A DNA stretch of 64,000 nt from contig QPMI01000101.1 in NCBI GenBank assembly GCA_004431415.1, forward strand, positions 62,001 through 126,000, given 5' to 3'. The translations under genes were made by a program, and so were the position numbers. The notes beneath the pieces are model-generated. The model had not been told where the DNA came from. It did not search any database and saw nothing but the letters and a program-made list of their open reading frames with translations. Positions 57,341 to 64,000 of the stretch are shown here, piece by piece (within the stretch, counting starts at the first letter, position 1; the number at the start of each line of letters is the position of its first letter). This DNA is from Cyanophora paradoxa CCMP329. Taxonomy: Eukaryota > Plantae > Glaucophyta.

Positions 57341-60300
57341 CTAGCGGAAAGCAGGGCCGGCGGGGGGGCGCGGGTGCGGGGCGGAGGGGAGGGGCGGGAG
57401 GCGCGGGGGGTGCCGGGGGGCCTCCGCCGGCTCCGGGACGCGCCACTCGCCCACCTTCTCCTCCTGCTCGGGCCCGCCCCGGGCGCGCCCCTCCGCCGCC
57501 CCCTCCCTCGCCGTCTCCGCCGGCGCCGGCGCCGAGGCGGGGCGGGAGGGCAGGGCGCCCTCGGAGGCGGAGCCCGGGGTGCGGGGGTGACGGCGAGCAG
57601 GACGCCCCGCGCCGAGGCGTCCTCGTCGGCCTCGGCGGGGCGGGGCGCACGCTGCTGCGCCCCGCCGCAGCCCGCGCCGCAGCCCGCTCTCCACCGCCCG
57701 AAGAGGTTCATGAGGAGGGTCCCCCCGCCGGGCCAGCCGGCCCCGCCCCGCCGCCCCTCGCGGGGGCGGCGGCGTGGGGCCCCGCCCACTCGGCGGCGAG
57801 GGGCTGGAGGGCGCCCTCGGCGGCGCGCTGCTCGGCGGCCACCGCCCCGCGGAACTGGACGCCGCGGCGGGCGGCGGCGCCGATGCGCTCGCCGAGCGTG
57901 GCGCGGCGCTCGCGCTCGCGCTCCGCCGCGACGGCGCCGGCCTCGGTCGAGGGCGGCGTCGTGTGCGGGCCCGAGGTCGCCGAGACGGAGGCCGCGCCGC
58001 CGGCCGCCGAGCGGGCGCGGTGGCGGCGGTAGATGGCCCAGAGCTCGGCGGCCGCCGTCGCGAGGAAGGCGGCGAGGACGACGACCTGGCGCGCCGGCGG
58101 TCGCGAGGGGCGGGGCGCTGGAGGCGGGGCGGGCCTTCCCCCTCTGGGGGGGCGCACCTGGAGGGTGACGGAGGCGACGGTGAGGGCGGAGCCGTCCGTC
58201 CCCGCCGGCTGCGCGTAGAAGAAGACCCCCACGTAGAGGGAGAAGCAGTTCGACCCCAGGCTGCCCCCCGAGTTCGCTGCCTTCCCCCCGGCGCGCCGCG
58301 CCGCGGGGCGGGGCACCTCGCGATGTCGAGCCACTGGAGGGCGGCGCTGTCGTAGGGCCGGAAGCGGCACGAGAGCAGCAGCGCGATGCCCATCACCTGT
58401 GCGAGCGCCCCGGCCAGCGTGAGCGAGGCGGGGCGAGCGGCGCCCGCCCGCGTGCTGCTGAAAGAGGGCTGGCGAAGGGGCCTTGCTCTTATCCAGGACT
58501 CTAGACGGAGAACGGGGGGCGAGAATGGGTGTGCAAGGCCTCGCCCGGGGGACGCACGCCGAGGCCGATGGAGGTCTGGAGCTCGCCGTTGCCGAAGAGG
58601 AAGACGGAGATGAAGACCATCTGGGCGCCCCGCCGCGCCCCGCCCCGTCAGCGGGGCCTCCGCTGGCGGCCCGCCTCGGCGCTGGCCGGCCGGGGCGCAC
58701 CGCGACCTTGCGGACGACCACGAGGAACTCCCACAGGTAGTACTCCTCCCGGTACCCCCGGTACATGAAGTTGTACCTGCCCGCCCCGCACCCGTCGCCG
58801 GGGGCGGCGCCGCGGGGGCGGGGCGGCTGGCGGGGCGGGTCGCACCGGACGCGGACGGACTTGGAGCGGAGGCGGCGCCGGTTGCTCCAGAGCGCGAAGA
58901 AGGCGAGGAGGGGCAGCCCGAACGAGTACGCCAGCACCTGCCCGCCCAGCTGAGGGGGGCGGGGCGGGGGGCGAGGGGGGCGGGGGCCGGGGGCGCACCC
59001 CGGGGATGCCCCCGAAGAACATGAAGCGCCGGTGCAGCGCCGAGGCGCAGTCCAGCGCCCTGCGCGCCCCAAGCCCCCAGGTCAGCAAGGGGGAGGCAGG
59101 GTGCGAGGGAGGGCCCCCCCCAAGGGGCCGGCGCAGCGGGGGGCGGGGCGTGCGCGCATGTTGTCGACGAAGAGGAGGCGGCGGCCGATGCGGGCGCAGG
59201 AGAAGACGAGGAACATCTGCCGCGAGAGGATCGGGTGCACCTGCGCCCCCGGCGCGCGTCGGAGCGGAAGGGGCGCGAAGAGGAGAGGAGAGGAGAGGAG
59301 AGGAGGGGAAAGGAGGAGGAAGGAAAGGACAGGAAAGGAAAGGAGAGGAGGGGAAAGGAAAGGAAAGGAAAGGAAGGCAGCATCGTTCGGGCTTGCGAGC
59401 CTCCACCGGGCTAGGAAAGGAAGGGAGCTTGAAGCTTCTTTGCGGCTTCATTGATCTCCCTAAACTCGAAGGCTGCATCACTCAGGCTTCGTCTGGGCGC
59501 ACGAGGAAAAGGGTGACGATGAGGGTGACGAGGAAGGTGTCGCGGGCGCGGGCCCAGACGTCGCGCTGCGGGGCCCGCAGCAGGGCCTGCGCAGAGGCCG
59601 GGGAGGGCGCCGCCTGAGCGCGCGCCGCCTCCTCGTGCTCCTGCTTCTTGGCGGGGCCGGCGGGCGTCGCCGGCTCGCCCTCGGGCGTCGCCTCCGTGCT
59701 CGTCGACTCGCCCGTCCCCAACGCCGAGCCGGACGGCGGCGCCCCCGCCCCCTTGCCCGCCCCCGCCTGTATCGCCAACTCGCGCCCGCTCGCGCCCCCG
59801 GGATCTCCTCCCCGGGCGGTGCGCGCGGGGGCCCGCCGCGCATGCTGCCGTCCTCGCGCTCGGACCAGGTGCTCGGCGGGCCGGCCGCCGGCGACGCGAG
59901 CGCGCTGCCGGCCGTGCTCGCGAAGGACGGCCGCCGCCCCGACCGCAGCGCCCCGCCACCCCGCGACTCCCCGGGCCCCACCGGCCCTCCCCCCTTCTCC
60001 AAAGCCTCCGCCCGGCCCAGCGCCTGCGCTCCTTCGTTCGGCTCGAGCGCGGGGGCGGGTGTGCGCAAGGGGCGGGGACCTTGACGAGGGGCACGGCGGC
60101 GAAGAAGAGGGCGATGGCGAGGCAGAAGAGGGGCATGAGGAGGAAGGCGACGAACTTGCGGTACGCGAAGGGGATCCCCCCGAACACGCTCACGTTGTCC
60201 CCTGCCGCTCCCGCCCTCGGCCCGCCTGCCGCGGGGGGGGGGGGCGAGGGCGGGCACCCTCGAGGATGCAGTCGAGGGAGAAGAGGGAGTCGATGGGTGT

Positions 60301-63300
60301 GGAGAGGATGGCCTGCGCCCGGAAGAGGCGGAAGAGCTCGACGGGCCAGAAGGTGTTGAAGTCCGCCACCATCGCCTGCGGGGGGGGGGGGGTCAGCGGG
60401 GGCGGCGCCGCGAGGGGGAGGCCCCGCTCGCTGCTCGCACCTGGACCTGGATGTAGGACCAGCCGATCTTGAGGAGGGTGCCCAGCCGCGAGCGCCGGTC
60501 CTCCGCCGCGTTGATCGAGGAGGAGACCATGCCCCAGACGACGAGGAGGATGAGGACGACGCTGCGGGGCGGGAGGGGACGGGCGCGCGGCGCTCAGCGC
60601 GCGGCGGCGCCGTCTTCCTCGCGGGACGAGGGGCGGACCCGAGGATGGTGAGGCCGGCGAGGGCGGAGCGCTCGGGGCAGCGGATGCAGCGGAAGTTGCC
60701 GTTGCGGCCGTACCCCGCCGCGCAGACGGTGCAGAGGGGGCCCGAGTAGCCCTCCGAGCAGGATGAGCCGGGGCCCCCCAGGCACTCCCCGTTGAAGCAC
60801 GGCACAAGGACGGGGTCCCTGGGGGCAGCCACCGCAGCGCTAAGGTGCCCCCGCAGCGCCCGCCGCGCCGGCTGGTACGCCTCCTGTGGGGGGTGCGTCG
60901 TCGATTCGCCGGCGAGGGGGGAGGCACGGGCGGCGGGGGTACACGGCGCACGTCGAAGAACTCGTCGGGCACGAGCCACCAACCGCGGGAGGGGTAGACG
61001 GAGGCGCCCCCGGGGCACTCGTAGCCCTGGGAGGAAGGTCGGGGGTATGTGGTACGCAGTCTGGGGGAAGGGGGCGCGGGGGGGGGGGGGGCGGGGGCGG
61101 GGCGGACGGCGTTGGGGGGCAGCGCTTGCACTCGCCGTCCTCCGTCTGGCTCCCGTCCAGGAGGCTGTACGTCCCCGGCTGCCCGGCGCCCGGGTCGGAG
61201 GGGGCGGGGCGGCCCGGCCCGGCGCGGCGGGGGCGGCGCGCACGTGGCAGAGGGTGCAGACGAGCGAGCCGGGGGACTGCACCTCGCCCCTCAGGCAGGC
61301 CCGCAGCACCACCCACGCCTCCGCCGGCGCCGCCCCCGCCCCCGCCCCCGCCGCCCCGCCCCCGCCGATCGCCTCGAAGCGGAGGCGGACGGTCGAGGAG
61401 GGGTACGAAGTCACGGCCAGCGCGTCGAAGAGGTGCTCGCCCTCCGTGAGGCGCGCGCTCGGCTCCCCTGCGGTGCGTTTTCGTCAGCGGGACTGGGCGG
61501 GGCCGGGGGCGGGGCGGGGCGAGGGGCACCGAGGAGCGTGGCGGGCCCCACCGACTCGACGAGCCGCGCGGAGACGGTCGTCGCGTTGTCCGACTTGACG
61601 AGCTGCGCGCCGCGGCGTTCGCAAGAGGGCGGAGAAGGCCCCGCGAGGTCGGGGGGGGGGGGGGGGGGGGGGGGCGGTGCCGGGCGCCTGGTCGAAGGCG
61701 TCGAGGACGGAGACGAGGAAGGAGACGGTGGCCCCGAGGCGGACTGAGGCGGGGGCACCCGCCTCGGCCACGGCCCGCGAGCGGCGCGGCGGCGGGGCGC
61801 GGCACCTCGGCGTGGTCCAGGGGGAGGCCGCTGCCGACGCCGCGGCCGCCGGCGCCGCCCCCTCGGCGCTCCCGTTGCTCGCCTGCAGGCGGGGCCCCGC
61901 GCCACCGCCAGCCGGCACGCCGCCGTCGCCGCCACGGGCCCGTACGCCGCCTCGTTCTGCGTGCCCCGTCAGCCCTTCCCCCTTGCCTTCGCCTTGCATG
62001 GCGCACCCCGTCGAGGGGGCCGGTGAGGCCGGCGAGAATGCGGTCGCGGCAGGCGGCGGCGAGGGTGGCGTTGACGCGCCCGCCGGGCCCGGCGCTCGGC
62101 CCGGCGATGAAGAAGGCGCCGCCGCCCTCGGCCGCCCGGTTGCCCCGCACGCTGGTGCCGTGCAAGGAGGCCGCGGGGCAGGCGGCGGCGCGGAGGAGGG
62201 TGCCCCCGCCGTAGCGCGCCCGGTTGTTTTCCAGCGACGAGGAGACGAGGGCGAGGCTCGCGCCGGGCTCCACGCGCAGCGCGCCGCCGCCCTCGTGCGC
62301 CTGCGAGGCCGCCTCGGCCGGCGCCCGGAGAGCGCAGAGAAGGCGGCGCACCGAGTTGCCGGCGAGGCTGCAGTTCGTGAGGGACGACGAGCCGCCCTCC
62401 AAGGCGCAGGCGCCCCCGGACTCTGCAGGAGAGAAAGAAAGCAAGGGTCAGAGGGGGCGCCGGGGCGGGGCGGAGGGGCGGGGCGGGGCGGGGCGCGCGG
62501 TTGGCAGAGTTGGAGGCGAAGGCGCAGCGCGCCGCGTCGACGACGGCCGCCTGCGACACGAGGAGGGCCCCTCCGTTCTCCAGCGCCCCCTGCGCCCCCC
62601 GGCAGCAACGCCCATCGGAACGGGGGCGCGGAGGGGCGGGGCGGGGCGGGGCGGGGCGGGGGGCGGGGCGGGAAGAGAAGAAAGAGAAGAGGGTACGCAC
62701 GTTGTGGGAGAGGAGGGAGTCACGGAGGGTGAGGTTGGCGGTGCCTGCGGCGTGGACGGCCCCGCCCGAGGCGAGCGCCGTGTTGTGCTCCACGCGGCAG
62801 CGCGCCAGCCGCGTCACCGCCGCCTCCGCCACCGCCGCCGCCCCCCCGGTCGCCGCCACGTTGCCCCGCAGCGCCCCGTCCGTCAGCTCTGCGCCGAGGG
62901 CGCCCGCGTCAGCGCCGGGACAGCTCGGAATAGTGCACCACTCCCTAAGAAGGCGCCAGGCGGAGCGACGGCGGCGGCCGCTTCTATACAAAGAGCTGCA
63001 GTAGATCGCTCTATAGGGGGCGGCTGCCCAGAGAACTGCTGTAAGAGTCGCTGGGAGGGGCGCTCGCGCCCCGCTATGAGCCGGCCGCCCATCTATAGCA
63101 CGCGTCATTCCAGCGTCTCATAGGAAGCGGGTGAAGAGCCTGTGGAGCGAGTACGGCAAGGGGAGGGGCGGACCGAGGAAGGCAGCGCCCTCGACGAGGA
63201 GGCCGCCGCCCTCCTCCTCCGCCACGTTCGAGGCCAGCGTGCACGCCGCGCACGCCACCGTCGCCCCCTGCCCGCCCCCGCCCCCTCAGCCGACACCACG

Positions 63301-64000
63301 CGTGGCAGCCGCGCTGCACCCGTCCCGACGAGGCCCGCGGGCGCGGGGTGGGGCGGGGCGGACCTGGGAGACGGCGATGCCGGCGCCGTGCGAGGCGCGG
63401 TTCTCCAGCACCGCCGCCCCCTCGATGGCCACGCGGGCCTGGCCCTCGAGCCACAGCGCCCCCTGCGCGCCACGCTCCCGTCGAACAGGGCGGGGGCGGG
63501 GGCGGGGCGGGAGGGGGTGCGGGGCGGGCGGACGCCGGACTGGGCGGCGTTGCGGCGGAAGGTGGAGGGCCCCGCCACCGAGAGCGCCGCGTTCGTCCCC
63601 GCGAAGACCGCCCCGCCCCTGCTCCGCCCCCCCCGTCAGCAAGCCGATTGGCCGGGACGCGAGTTTGGTTATTTGATTTGCAGGAGTTTGCAGAAGGAAA
63701 GATATGGGAGCTTATGTCAGGCTCTTCTTTGTGCGTTCAATGAGGGCAAGAGGCTCCGGCGGGGCGCACGCGTCGGTGGCGGCGTTGTCGAGGAAGGTGA
63801 CCGCCTCGAGGGCCGTCGGCCGCCCCGCGTCGCCCCCGACGTACACGCCGCCTGCCGCCTCCCCCTCAGCCCCAATTGAGGAAGCCAATTCAAGAAAGGG
63901 GCTGGGGAGGTGGGTGGGGGATTGGGCACGCGCCACCCGAAGAGTCGGCGCGGTTCTCGCGGAAGAGGGTTCCGTTCACGGCCGAGTCGGCGTTCCAGAG
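57341..64000 (-). CDS. Large membrane protein: pectin-lyase-like/PMP GGA repeats, Cys-rich region and multi-TM C-terminus; 5' partial, stop approximate
   Basis: NxAxxGGA repeats (NRARYGGG, NRAAEGGGAFF); CSEGYSGPLCTVCAAGYG; RYNFMYRGYREEYYLWEFLVVVRK; FRPY motif. Confidence 0.85.

Overview
Very GC-rich eukaryotic nuclear DNA with many short introns, a large share of them GC-AG. The intron style and a Phe-containing plastid transit peptide suggest a glaucophyte-like alga; this is inference, not an identification. Single-base indels in homopolymers break many reading frames, and most long ORFs in the supplied track are GC-rich shadow frames. Host genes: two F-box/LRR-type proteins, an SDR, an EF-hand-like protein, a DUF4062-NACHT-TPR protein, a PAM2-CUE-DUF1771-Smr protein, a plastid-lumen DUF1499 protein, an ACT-repeat protein, a large PMP-repeat multi-TM protein and several unknowns. 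Two accessory blocks stand out. (1) A ~9.2-kb island at 11614-20800 has imperfect terminal inverted repeats and no recognisable transposase. It holds a cassette-like array in which TATA/hairpin/B-box tRNA-like repeats alternate with compact intronless genes (two HEPN-like paralogues, a retropepsin-like protease, a myristoylated 2-TM protein), plus a RING-like gene and a large unknown gene. (2) A Helitron2/Helentron-like insertion at 45866-56716, whose apparent empty site is also in the window, contains a nested tandem pair of ~4.8-kb TIR-bounded units. Comparing repeat copies also shows a recurring XYZ-revcomp(XYZ)-XYZ 6-bp insertion signature.
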